A program made the translations under genes and the position numbers. Shown here piece by piece: positions 49,142 through 61,343 of a DNA stretch of 64,000 bases. The notes under the pieces were generated by a model. The model worked only from the letters and a program-made list of their open reading frames with translations, was not told the origin of the DNA and ran no database searches. Each line of letters begins with the position of its first letter. The stretch's first letter is position 1. This DNA comes from Zygnema circumcarinatum SAG 698-1b (lineage: Eukaryota > Plantae > Zygnematophyceae). The stretch lies in the NCBI GenBank assembly GCA_037447605.1, contig CM074819.1, positions 824,744 through 888,743 on the forward strand. Reading direction: 5' to 3'.

Positions 49142-52127
49142 ACCTCTCTTTCTCTTCCTCTCTCTCTTCTCACTCTTTGCGTTTTATTTAGTTTTGGGGG
49201 GGTTGAGGGTTGGTTCAAGGGTACAGAATTTAAGGTTTACGGGTTCCATTTTTGCTCCGCATACCTGAAAACCTTACTGTCTGCCTCTCCCTCTCACTCT
49301 CTCTCTCACACACTCCCCCTCTCTCTCTCTCTTTGTCTCCCTCAGTGCATATGGCAACGTGGGCCTCTCTCTGGGCTACACGTGTCCGCCTACCGCCCCC
49401 TCCACCTGCCAATCCCCTCCGTACAGCTTCTCCGGTGAGTCTCCAAAGGCCCAAAACCCTAACTCTTTCTAAAAACCCTAAATCTCCTTCTGCTCTTGGA
49501 CCCGGAAAACTCTGAACCCTACAATCTCTCCCAATCGCTAAAACCCTAAACTCTGAACCCTCCCTCAATCCTCGCCATAATTTAGTCCTTCAAAATGTTG
49601 CGTATCGAAAACCCTAAATTCCTCCAAAACCCCTCTTCGTGCTGCCCTTTGAGCTCTAGCAAACCCTAAACCTTGCACCCCTTGCCTGAAACCCCTTCTT
49701 GAAACACTCCAGAGTTTTGAACCCTATGCTTTTTTTTTTTTTTTTTTTTTTTCTTTTCATTTATTATGTTTTCTTTTTTCTGATGGTTTTTTTTTTTTTT
49801 TTTTCGGGATGTTGTAGGAGTTTGGAAATTTTCCGCGAAGCTGGTCTTGGTCCTGGTGATGCTGCTCGGGCGGCATCGCGGGCTGCCCGAAAGCATCGAT
49901 TCCGCCATAGCCGTCCCCCCCAAAGCTCACTTCCGCCCCGGCCTGCGCCGCGCGCTCACGCGTAAGGACAAGGGACTCGGCCCGCCAAGACAGGGGGGGA
50001 GGGCTCAGGGTTCAAGGGTTAGGGTTTTGGGCTGAGGGTTAGGGTTTAGGGTTTAGGGTTTAGGGTTTAGGGTTTGAGGGTTTAGGGTTTGAGGGTTTAG
50101 GGTTTAGGGTTTAGGGTTTAGGGTTTAGGGTTTAGGGTTTAGGGTTTAGGGGTCAGGGGTTAGGGTTTAGGGTTTAGAGTTTAGGGTTCAGGGGTCAGGG
50201 GTTAGGGTTTAGGGTTTAGAGTTTAGGGTTTAGAGTTCAGGGGTCAGGGGTTAGAATTTAGGGTTTAGAGTTTAGGGTTTAGAGTTCAGGGGTCAGGGGT
50301 TAGGGTTTAGGGTTTAGAGTTTAGGGTTTAGAGTTCAGGGGTCAGGGGTTAGAATTTAGGGTTTAGAGTTTAGGGTTTAGAGTTCAGGGGTCAGGGGTTA
50401 GAATTTAGGGTTTAGAGTTTAGGGTTTAGAGTTCAGGGGTCAGGGGTTAGAATTTAGGGTTTAGAGTTTAGGGTTTAGAGTTCAGGGGTCAGGGGTTAGG
50501 GTTAGGGTATAGAGTTTAGGGTTCAGGGGTTAAAGGTCAGGGGTTAGGATTAGGGTGTAGAGTTAAGGGTTTAGGGTTTAGGGGTCACGGGTCAGGGGAC
50601 AGGGGTTAGGGTTAAGGTTTAAGGTTTAGGGGTTAGGGGCTAAAGGTTAGGGGTTAGGTTTTAAGGTCTAGAGTGTAGGGTTTAGGGTTGAGGGTAGGGT
50701 TTAAGGTTTAGGGTGTAGGGTTAGGGTTTAGGGTTTGGAGTTTAGGGTTAGGGTTTAAGGGTTAGAGTTTAGAGGATTAGGGTTTCAGGGGCTAGGGTTT
50801 AGGTTGTAGAGTTGAGGGTTGAAGGTTTAGGGTTTAAGATTTAGGGATTAGGGTTGCAGGTTGAGTGCTTTAGGGTTAAAGATTTATGGTTCAGGGTTTA
50901 GGGTTTAAGGTTTAGGGTGTAGGGTTTAGTAGTGCACGTTTAAGTGTCAGGGTTTAGGGTTCAGTCCGGGTTTAGTGTTGCGGGTTAGGGGAGTAGGGTC
51001 TAGAGTTGAGGGTCGAGGGTTTTAAGTTTAGGTTCTGTTGAAATGAAGGGTTTATGGTTGCAGGTTCAATGTTCAGGGTTTATCGTTTAGGGTTCTGGAG
51101 CAGTTTGGAGAAGCGGTGTTGGTCTAGATTCCCAAACAAAGTTTCTTCGTCTTATCCTTTCTTCTCTCTCTCTCTCTCTCCTTCTCTCTCTCTCTCTCTC
51201 TCCCTCTCACTCCCTCTCTCTCTCTCTCACTCCCTCTCTCTCTCCCTCCCTCCCTTTCTCCCCCTCTCTCACTCCCTCTCACTCTCTCTCCCTCTCTCTC
51301 TCTCCCTCCCTCCCTCTCTCTCCCCCTCTCTCACTCCCTCTCTCCCTCTCCCACTCTCTCCCTCCCTCTCTCTCCCNNNNNNNNNNCTCTCTCCCTCTCC
51401 CACTCTCTCCCTCCCTCTCTCTCCCTCCCTCCCTCCCTCTCTCTCTCCCTCCCTCTCTCTCTCTCACTCCCTCTCTCTCTCTCCCTCCCTCTCTCTCTCA
51501 CTCCCTCTCTCTCTCCCTCACTCTCTCTCTCTCTCTCTCCCTCAGCTGCCCGAGCCAACGTGCACGCGTTGGAGGCGGCCATCTCTCGGAGGTTGTCGAG
51601 AGCCGCGTCGGAGCGCCGTCCGGAGTCCGTCTTCGAGCGAGTCAGCAGGTGGGCCCGCGGAGGGGTTTAGTTAGGGTTTAATATAAAGGAAAACTTCAAT
51701 TTCATTTGAAAATCTCATGTTAGCTGTGCAGAAGGCAGGTCCGATTTGCAAACAATTTCCAACCGAGGGAGCTTAAGATCATTTGTTTATTTTGATCCCT
51801 TTTGGGGCGGCTAGGTTTGAGTTTGTCTTCTGGTTCAAGGGGAGCTGAAATCTACCAATATTTGGAACGAGGGTAGTATCGAAATAAAAGTTGGAAATTC
51901 TTAAATTAAGGTTTTACTCTGATGTAGTAGCCTTTCTGAAATTAGGATTATGGTTTTGTTTTTTTTTTTTGTTTTTTTTTTTTTTTCAGATTTTTAATTA
52001 TAACAAGTGTTCGTATGTGTTCTGCAGTTACATGGGCGGCCGGTCTCCCTCTTCCCCTTCATCTTTTCTGAACACGCCGCAACACACCACTCATCGCCCG
52101 CCCGCCTCCCGGTCTTTGCCTTCATAA
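44574..52127 (+). CDS. TRK: Trk/HKT-family cation (K+) transporter, copy A; exons 44574-44617, 45233-46333, 46598-46754, 47051-47429, 47640-47757, 48704-48961, 49346-49434, 49818-49961, 51546-51648, 52028-52127
   Basis: Four pore loops: FNCTSALCVTGL, TVSAFQNAGFS, FQSLNTRSSGF, FEVISAYGNVGLSLG. Also NFYRLHFLYF and KLVLVLVMLLGRHRGLPESIDSAI. All junctions are phase-compatible. Confidence 0.92.
47766..48298 (+). repeat. (GGGGTAGGGTTCA)n 13-mer array, ~40 copies, at the start of Trk-A intron 5
   Basis: Nearly homogeneous tandem 13-mer beginning 8 nt into the intron, directly after the GTGAGCAC donor. Confidence 0.95.
50010..51060 (+). repeat. Interstitial telomere-like (TTTAGGG)n array with a 49-bp higher-order repeat, in Trk-A intron 8
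   Basis: Near-perfect TTTAGGG runs at ~50036-50150. TTAGAA recurs at 50349, 50398 and 50447 (49-bp period). The array is degenerate distally. Confidence 0.92.
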
Positions 52128-52930
52128 AAAAAAAAAAAAAAGGGGGAATATGATGAAACTTGTAATTCTGTACATACTGCGAAAATATCGCAAGGTTTTG
52201 ATTTTTCAGTAATCACTATTTGACCTTTTTTTTGTTGTTTTTTCCTTTTAAAGAGATGTATGTCTCTCGCTGTAACGTGTTCGTCCTTCATAATGATTGA
52301 TTTTGGCCAACGGAAGTGGTTGAAGCAGTATATCAAAATAAACCCAAAAAACAGATCTATTTTTCGATGTTGGAGATGAAGAAAAGGAGGCAGTGGGAGC
52401 GAGAGAGAGGACAGAGTGGGAGTGGTTTTTTTACCCCCCACCCATCTCCCCATCCCTCTTACCTTCCCCTCCCATCCCCTCCCATCCCCTCCCTCCCCCT
52501 ACATCCCTATCTCTTCCACTCTCACGTCTCACTCCATGAAATAATCAAAACAACCATTGGGTGATCAATACACACTTCCTTTCAAATTACAATGTTTGCC
52601 ATTTATTTGCTAATCATCATGTAAATTATTATTAATTATTATTATCACAACATATAAATTATCCGCTCTTCGCCCCTCTACTTGTCCTTGGAACACCTTT
52701 CACAACTGCAGAATTTCCACCCCCTCCTAAATAAAACACAACTCAAAAACAAAGAAAAAGGTAGCTAGTGCTAAAAAAGAACTACGGAATCTAGGTTACA
52801 AAAAGAAAGCGATTCTGTACGAATTAGAAAACTACCAGTTACACTCTTCTTCTGCCTTCCTCTTTGTTGGTTTTCGTAGTGGAAGTTCGTTTTTTTCTTT
52901 TTGTAACCTATTTTACAACAACCCCTTTTA

Positions 52931-55900
52931 TTACGCAGGAAGAGATCGGGAGTGGGGGTAGCGGGGAGATGGAGTGATCCGTGCAGATGAATGGTGGGAG
53001 GAAGGGGATCGACCTCCCAAGAAACTGCAGAAAGAAAGTCAAGCGAATAACAAAAGGTTATTCTTAAGTTAAAAAGTAATTGCATAATGGGACCTCCCAA
53101 TCTGGAACGCATCCATAATAAAATTAACTTCACCGGTGGCGCTGCCCTCAATCCAGAAATGTTTCAATTTAGCTGCCCACCCTTCAAAAACTCTTTCTTT
53201 TTAGGCCCCCAAATCCCGAACTATTCAATGTAATCCATCGTCAGTTCAAAGTTACTTCGCTTCAGCTGTTTATTCAGTGAAATTTTAGCTCTCTTTGCCA
53301 GAAAAAAGTTCATTTTTTTTCTACCCGCCATCCAAAATTATTCACACATTAGTCCCTTTCCTGCGCCTATTCGGAGCCCACCTGCTGACTTGCTCAAAAA
53401 TCGATTCTTGATCCGCCGCCCTCAATTGCCTCTGAGAGGAATCCCCCTCCGCCATGTGCCTCTTTGAGCCACCAGCTGCAGAAATGAATAAGGAAAGGGA
53501 AGGGGGATAAGATAGGGTGAGGGAGGGGGAGAGAGAGGGAGAGGGAGGGGAAGGGGCAGGGGCAGGGAGGGGAAGCGGGGGGGGAGAGGAGGGGGAGAGG
53601 GAGAGGGAGATAGAAAGAAGAGGGGTGAAAGGGAGTGGGAGAGAGTGAGGAGAGAGGAGATGGGAGGGGCGAGAGAGGGAGATAGCGGTAAGGAGCGAGC
53701 ACCAATTTACATCCTAATGAAGGCAGCGACTGGACAGCACTCTTATCGGTTTCCCATGAAACCCTTACCATCCTCAGGCCCTAAACCCTATACCCTAAGC
53801 CCTACGCCCTAAGCCCTGAACCCTAAGAGACATTCCTAGACACGGCTCGCTTACGATTCAAGGTGCGATGCAGGCCGGGCTTGAAATATTCTTTCGGAGG
53901 AATTGTGATGGCAGAATCAATGTTTTCGGGCAGCCCTCTATGTCTCCCAAGAAGCATAATAAGGCAAAGGACCAACTTCCCCAAAACTTTCCAGGTGCCT
54001 GTAAAACCAAAAAAAAAAAAAATGGAGAATTAGAAGTCGTTTTGTTTTCAGGTGGGTTTGGAGATTGTGAGAGGTTGAAGGGTTCAGAGTTTCCCGGGTC
54101 CAAGAGCAGAAGGAGATTTAGGGTTTTTAGAAAGAGTTAGGGTTTTGGGCTTTTAGAGACTCACCGGAGAAGCTGTACGGAGGGGATTGGCAAGTGGAGG
54201 GGGCGGTAGGCGGACACGTGTAGCCCAGAGAGAGGCCCACGTTGCCATATGCACTGAGGGAGACAGAGAGAGAGAGAGAGGGGGAGTGTGTGAAAGAGAG
54301 AGAGGGAGAGGGAGAGAGATAGAGAGAGATAGAGAGAAAGGGACATACAAATCCGACTGATGTGCAAAACCGCAACAAACAACCTTATAATTCTACCACA
54401 ATTTGAAGTCTTAATAAAAATTTCCAAAAATTCCGGCGAAAAAATGGGGAAGGGGAGGTAAAAAATAAGGTGGAATTGCCACACTCTACACTCACAGCAA
54501 CGACATAACGAATTCCCTCTTCACACCATTCGGATCTTTTCAAGATTGAATGCACAAGCAAAAGCTTTAAAGCTTCACACACATCTCAACTTTTCTTTCA
54601 TTTTGTACTCGTTTTCTTCTTTCTTTTCTCGTCCTTTGCTCACATCTTCTTCATTGGCTATTCCTCTCTCTCACTCCCTGAGCTCTCAGTTCCAAAATAT
54701 CTGTACACCGTTCCACCAACTCCCTTCCACTTTCTTGGACCCTTCTTGCGTTTTCATCATACATTCTCGAAAAACAATCAATTCCAAACCCCCATCCTCA
54801 TAAATAATTCCAAAACCCTCCTCCCTAGAAGCTACCATACATCCCTATCCCTTCTTAAAGCACCCAAACTCAAAAAAAGGCGCGCAATCAGTGACACACC
54901 TTATCACTTCAAATGTGATACTGAACACTGAAAAATTAGGGTCCTCCAAAATTTCATTCGATTGGATTATGCAGATTATAAAGACTGCCAAGAATAAGTA
55001 CGCGGAGTCTCGGGCGATGAGTAGCCTCGCTTGGGCCAAAAGATCCGAGTCCTTCACTTCGAGCATTGGCGTGATACCGATTTCGGTATCATCGTAAACT
55101 TCTTCGTCCGGTTTTGAAGTTTGGCGGGAGAGGAATACCGGGTATACGGCAACGTACCTGCACAAAAATCCCCTCCAAAAAAAGTGAGAAAGGAAAAGAG
55201 GAAAGGGAGAGGAGAGAGACGAAAGTGGAGATGATACAGACAAGGGAGGAGACAACCACACCATGAAAAGGACCCCACGATCCTCAAAAATAGTTCACAC
55301 TATAAGGCCAAATAAGTGGGAGGGGGGAGAGAGAGCAAGGGAACGAAAGAAAGGAAGGGGTTCTAAGTTCTGCTTGAACACTGAAAAAACATAATTCTTA
55401 AGGGGTAGGGTTGACGGGTAGGGTTGAGGGGTAGGGTTCCCTACCCCCTGAACCCTACCCTCAGAACACTACCCCCTGAACCCCTAGCCCTGAATCCTAC
55501 CCCCAGAACCCTACCCCCTGAACCCTACCCCTCAACCCTACTCTCTGAACCCTTCACCTGAACCCTTCCCCTGAATCCTACCCCCTGAATCCTACTCCCT
55601 GAACCTTACCCCCTGAACCCTACCCCCTGAACCCTACCCCCTGAACCCTACCCCTAAACCCTACTCTCTGAACCCTTCACCTGAACCCTTCCCCTGAATC
55701 CTACCCCCTGAATCCTACTCCCTGAACCTTACCCCCTGAACCCCTAGCCCTGAACCCTACCCCCAGAACCCTAAACCCTAACCCCTACCCCCTAAACCCT
55801 ACCCCCTAAACCCTACCCCTTGAACCCTACCCCTGAACCCTACCCCTGAACCCTACCCTCTGAACCCTTCCCCTGAATCATACCCCTGAACCCTACCCTT

Positions 55901-57546
55901 AAACCCTAACCCTGAACCCTTCCCCTAAACCCTACTCCTGAACCCAACCCCCTGAATCCTACTCCCTGAACCTTACTCCCTGAACCCTACCCCCTAAACC
56001 CTACCTCTGAACGCTACGCCTGAACCCTACGCCTAAAACCAACCCCTTTGCTCACATCATGCCGGTGTAGAGGACGAGCATGGAGGGAGAGGAGAGGGAG
56101 ATCGGCAAAACGAGGAATCCGGAGCTGCGAGAGTTCAGCGACTGGAAAGTCGCGTCTAACACCTTGTAACCTCCTGCGGGCAGCGGGACCACCCAGTTGG
56201 GAGGGAGGGAGGGAGGGAGGGAGGGAGGGAGGGAGGGAGGGAGGGAGGGAGGGAGGGAGGGAGGGAGGGAGGGAGGGAGGGAGGGAGGGAGGGAGGGAGG
56301 GAGGGAGGGAGGGAGGGAGGGAGGGAGGGAGGGAGGGAGGGAGGGAGGGAGGGAGGGAGGGAGGGAGGGAGGGAGGGAGGGAGGGAGGGAGGGAGGGAGG
56401 AGGGAGGGAGGGAGGGAGGGAGGGAGGGAGGGAGGGAGGGAAAGAGAGAGAGGGGGAGGGAGGGAGGAAGGCTTTCAAATTGCAGTTGTTTTAAGATCAA
56501 ACGAGAAAGATGACTTCAATCCAAAGCTTTACTTCGATTAGTTCATTTAATGTCCTTCGTGACTGTTTTCAACTCACCGGAGAGACCGTTGAAGACGGAT
56601 CCATTCCAGTCCAACAGGCAGAAAAAAAATGCTTCAATAAAGTTGAAAGCAATGACGGTGATGACGAGCCAAAGCGTTTGATGCCACGGAAACAAATGTG
56701 TGAAGCATTTCCGGGGGTGGTCCAGCAAATACTTCAAGGTTTCCGTCAGCTGTTTCGACTTTTTAATTCCCTTCTTCGTTAGATATTTAGATTGGCGGTA
56801 GAGGGAATAGATGATTCCACGCAGAGTGGGAGCATAGAGAGTATTTCCGACGAGGATGAGCGATCCCATGACAAAAAGGAACACGATTGCTTTCTGGAAA
56901 GGGAGAAGGTTCAAATCGAGGAGAGCGAAGCCGGCGTTTTGGAAAGCAGAGACAGTCTGCAGGAAGGAGAGAGAGAGAGAGAGGGCGAGAGAGGAGTAAA
57001 GGATTGTCCGAGAACTTGCTTTCAGAGGTAAAAGGGGACGAGAGAGAAAGACAGGGAGAGAGAGAGAGTGAGAGAGAAAGCGAGAGGGGGAGAGAGAGTG
57101 AGAGAAAGGTTACGATAGGGAGATGACAGACAGTGGCAGGGAGAGCTATGACAGATAGAGAGGGAGAGTCGTGAGGGAATCGTGAGCCACTAGTCCAACG
57201 ACTTTAGGGTTTTATTACTTAGAGGAAAAATTACATTTTGAGGCCCACCTGGAAGGCCGAAAAGAACGTAGGGCTGACGTCATAGGTTCCGAGCTGGTTG
57301 CGCTGTCCGGGCGCGCCCCAAAAGTTTATTCGCAAAATGAAAAATGCGAAAAGTTGAATTCCGAGGAGGTACGAGGGGATGAGCCAGCTCAGCAGCTGGA
57401 GGGCCCTGTTCACACCACAACCGCCGAGTGAGAGGGAGAGAGGGAGAGAGAGAGAGAGAAACCCTAAAATCCAAACATCTCGAAAGCTTGAATCCCAACA
57501 TTCCTCGATTGTTACAAACCCCGCAAGCCCATACACTAAACCCCAA

Positions 57547-57631
<85 letters not shown>

Positions 57632-58966
57632 CAAGAGTGATAAAGCAAGGAAGCAATAAGGCAGGCAGCGGCTGAACCTCACCGATACTCCAACAATCGG
57701 AGCTCTGACAAATCAACGACTTCGAGTTTTCCAGATTCTCGTGGTTCAAGATCCATTTCTTCTGGAGGAAAATGTCGCTTCCGAATTTGCTGAAATTTCA
57801 GTTCGGCTGATTTGGCAGTATCTCCCCCCCACGTGTGAGCGTGCTCATTCATAAAATCGGTGTGGCCCAAAAGTGGGGAACTGTTTGGGTCTGAAGCAGC
57901 GCCGTTCCTTGCATCCGTTTCAGTCTCAGTTTCCGTTTCCGTTAGTATCGCCGTTGCCCTTCCCGTTTCCTTTTCAGTAACGTTCGGGAGATTCTCCGAA
58001 AGATCGGAAATAATTTCTTTTCCGGACTCCGACAACACTGGTACTGGTTCCAAGTTTCGTCTGGACTTCATTCCAGTGATGGGTTGGAGAGTTGAGTGCG
58101 AGGGAGAAGGGGGAGGGAGAGAGAGAGGAGGGAGAGGGAGAGGAGGGGGAGAAAGAGGGCGAGGAGGGATGGCATTGGGAGCTTCATCTTTCTGCTCTGA
58201 AAGATACTTACGAAAATAGTATCGTCGAATTAAGACTGGGAGCAAGGAAGTAAAAACTTGGCCCCCTAACATGATTAAGAGGAGAAGCACCACTTGGTTG
58301 AATACTGAAAACGTGTTCATTTTTACGGACACGAGCCCCGTCACGCAGAGAGCGGAAGTGGAATTAAATAATGCATCGATGAAAGAAATTCGTCCCAAAG
58401 AGGTCGGAGGAGAGAGCCATATTAGAAGAGTTCCGATTAAATCCACAATTATAAAGTATAAGAAATGCAGTCGATAGAAATTCACGTGCTTCTTGATGTA
58501 TGGAGGGAGGTCGAGGCTGAAATTGAAATTATTTTTTGCCTTTTTTACGCCGCCGACGATCGGTTGGATGCGGGGTTCTTTCCTAGTTTCCGAACGGTCG
58601 GAAAGTTTTCGCCTGCCCCAGAAATTGAAGTCGAATTTTTTTTCCGGAATTTCGCTCCTTTCGTGAAGCTCAGTAAATCCGGAACTCAAAATGCTCTTTT
58701 CTTCCGTAGATCCGTTCGAACTCGTGGTTTTTCCTTGCCGGGCAGGAGACGGGCAGCTGGGAATGATTTCTTCCAAAACCCTAAACCCCAAAAAACCCAA
58801 AAACAAATTTACAATTCCAAAATCCTAAATCTCAAAAAAGCCAAAAGAAACATTTACAATCCTCAACAAACCCCAAAAACCCTCATCCCTAAACCCTAAA
58901 AAGGAAGTAGAAAATTTCATAGCACCTGTTTCTGCCAGCTGGCAGGGAACCTCCTCCGTCCTCCAT
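52931..58966 (-). CDS. TRK: Trk/HKT-family cation (K+) transporter, copy B (inverted paralogue); exons 58966-58926, 58780-57684, 57405-57249, 56956-56578, 56173-56056, 55157-54900, 54253-54165, 53998-53855, 53475-53382, 53024-52931
   Basis: Same 10-exon structure as copy A, with identical lengths for exons 3-8 (157, 379, 118, 258, 89, 144 nt). Pore loops: STSALCVTGL, TVSAFQNAGF, FQSLNSRSSGF, SAYGNVGLSLG. Also GRHRGLPENIDSAI. Confidence 0.92.
55395..56040 (-). repeat. Degenerate (GGGGTAGGGTTCA)-like array in Trk-B intron 5
   Basis: Seen on the + strand as TGAACCCTACCCC variants, in the intron equivalent to the one carrying the homogeneous array in copy A. Confidence 0.85.
56200..56470. repeat. 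(GGGA)n tetranucleotide tract in Trk-B intron 4
   Basis: About 65 tandem GGGA units. Confidence 0.9.
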
Positions 58967-59649
58967 AGTCCGTCACCTCCGCAAAACCAAAACAACACCC
59001 TAAAACCCTAAAACCCCAATCAATGTTCAGAACTTGAAACCTTAAACCCTTAAAACCTGAAAAGTTCAAAACAGTACTCCTAGGCCTTTTAAAAACCCCA
59101 ACAATTCAGAAACTTGAAAAAAAAAAAATCCTAATTTTCTAAACCCCTAAAAACCCCAAAATCTCAAAATTTCTGAGCCCTAGCCCCGCCCCCTCCCCCC
59201 CCCTCCCTCCCCAGCTGCTGACGTCACCGGATGACGGCGGCACTCCACGTCGGTTCGCACGCGCGACCTATGCGCGGGAATTCGTCGAAATGTGCGTTAT
59301 CTGTTAAACGGAACGGGAATGTGTCCAACGGCCAACGGAAAGGGCCTGCATAGAACGACCCCTCCTCCTCTACCAGAGGCGAGGGCGGACAGGCGAAGTG
59401 GATGGAGGGGGCGCCATTTCCTTATAAGGGCGAGGAGACGCCGGGCCAGATGGCGCCTCCCTCAAAGCGCGTTTTTTGGATTTTTTTTTTAACGCGGTTT
59501 CTAGTGAAACCGTTGGACTTTTGGCGCAATAGGGCGCGTAGGGAATTAGGGATGGCCGTGAGAGTGAAAATAAAGTTCTAGTATTTTTATGCATAGTCAA
59601 TTTTAAATGGGGTATTTTAAAGGAATAAAATTATGTTCCAAAATATTAA

Positions 59650-61343
59650 AGGTAGTGTTATTACTTATTTCCACCCCTTTTTTGGATCCAAACACCCCTT
59701 CCCGGCCGGGCAGATTTCAAAAAGGATTAAAAACGGAAATGCTTTTCTCACACTTTTTTGGAATTGATACCCACCCTCAATCGGCAGATTTTATTTTTGC
59801 GAAACAAGGAAAATGATAACCCGTCACCCCATTTTGAATATCCCGCCTACCTGAATTTTTTTTAACGCGTGCGGTCAATCGCAGCCGTCGATTCCCTAGA
59901 AGATCGCAACACGGCAGAGCACTATTTGATCTGCAGCCGGGCTCGGTCACGAATGGCACGTACCCACGTATCCCGCCAAAGTCGTCTCAAAAATTTGTTC
60001 GTACAAATGTCGTACGATCGCAACTTGAGGAACCCAAAATTTGGTACATTAAGAGCTTGGACCAATCAAAATTAAAAACCCTAAAAATGTAACACGTGGC
60101 AGATGTTGATTAGGTGGGAGCCAACAATGATGAGATCTCGGGCCAAGGGACGTGCGCACTCGCACGTGCGATCTGGCTTTGACGGGACTCGTGGGCGCTT
60201 TCCATTCGCTAAGATCGAGCCCGGCTGCAGATCGAACGGTGATCTGCAGTGGTACGATCTGCGAGGGAATCGACAGCTGCGATTGACACACACGTGTGAA
60301 GGACGGACACCCGCGAACGATCTCGTGGCGGACGGATCTTCCGCTCCGAGCGGCTTCGGGCAGTCAAATATTTCTTTCCCTCAAAAAAGAAAGGGTAGTG
60401 ATATTTCCACCCCTTTTTTGGATCCAAACACCCCTTCCCGGCCGGGCAGATTTCAAAAGGGATTAAAAACGGAAAATGTTTTTTTCACACCTTTTTGGAA
60501 TCGATACCCACCTTCTTCCGTCGGCTGATTTTATTTTTGCTAACCAAGGAAAATGATACCCCGTCACTGCATTTTGAATACTGTATCCCGCCTCCCTGAA
60601 TTTTTTTTTTTTGAGGGAAAGAAATATCTGCCTGCCCGAGTCCGCTCGGAGCGGAAGATCCGTCCGCCACGAGATCGTTCGCGGGTGTCCGTCCTTTACA
60701 CGTGTTTGTCAATCGCAGCTGTCGATTCCCTCGCAGATCGTACCACTGCAGATCACCGTTCGATCTGCAGCCGGGCTCGTCCTTCGCGAATGGAAAGCGC
60801 CCACGAGTCCCGTCCAAGCCGGATCGCACGTGCGAGTGCGCGCGTCCTCTCGGCCCGAGATCTCGTCATTGTCAGATCCCAGCCAATGAAAATTTGCCAC
60901 GTGTAACATTTTTGACGTGGAAATGTTTGATTGGTCCAAGCTCTCAATGTACCAAATTTTGGGTTCCTCAAGTTGCGACCGTACGACATTTGTACGGACA
61001 ATTTTTTGAGACGACTTTGGTGGGATACGTGGGCACTTGCCATTCGCTGTGACCGAGCCCGGCTGCAGATCAAATAGTGCTCTGCCGTGTTGCGATCTGC
61101 GAGGGAATCGACGGCTGCGATTGACCGCTCGCGTGAAAAAAAATCAGGTAGGCGGGATATTCAAAATGGGGTGACGGGTTATCATTTTCCTTGATTTCGC
61201 AAAAATAAAATCTGCCGATGGAGGGTGGGTATCAATTCCAAAAAGGTGTGAAAAAAGCATTTTCCGTTTTCAATCCTTTTGGAAATCTGCCCGGCCAGAA
61301 AGGGGTGCTTGGAACCCAAAAAGGGGTGGAAATAACACTACCC
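59650..61343. mobile_element. Composite Harbinger-like MITE: forward copy lacking its right TIR (59650-~60390) fused to a complete reverse copy (60393-61343)
   Basis: Both parts are homologous to 42208-43151. The outer ends AGGTAGTG and CACTACCC are flanked by TAA (59647-49, 61344-46). An internal GGGTAGTGATATTTCCACCCC starts at 60393. Confidence 0.85.

Noticed and set aside
50010-51060. Chromosome end or telomere fusion site
   Set aside because: The array has a single orientation and sits within a GT-AG intron whose flanking exons are in frame and conserved in the paralogue.
56014-56541. GGRE/PPSL repeat ORFs (also near 18100-18900, 22094-22873, 38263-40069)
   Set aside because: These are frames through (GGGA)n and GA/CT low-complexity intron or UTR sequence, with no domain content beyond the exons already assigned.
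42208-61343. A 19-kb composite transposon or Pack element carrying both Trk genes between MITE copies
   Set aside because: The outer flanks differ (TTA versus TAA), each MITE locus has its own TSD, and the gene-proximal TIRs and flanks are not homologous. Independent insertions fit better.
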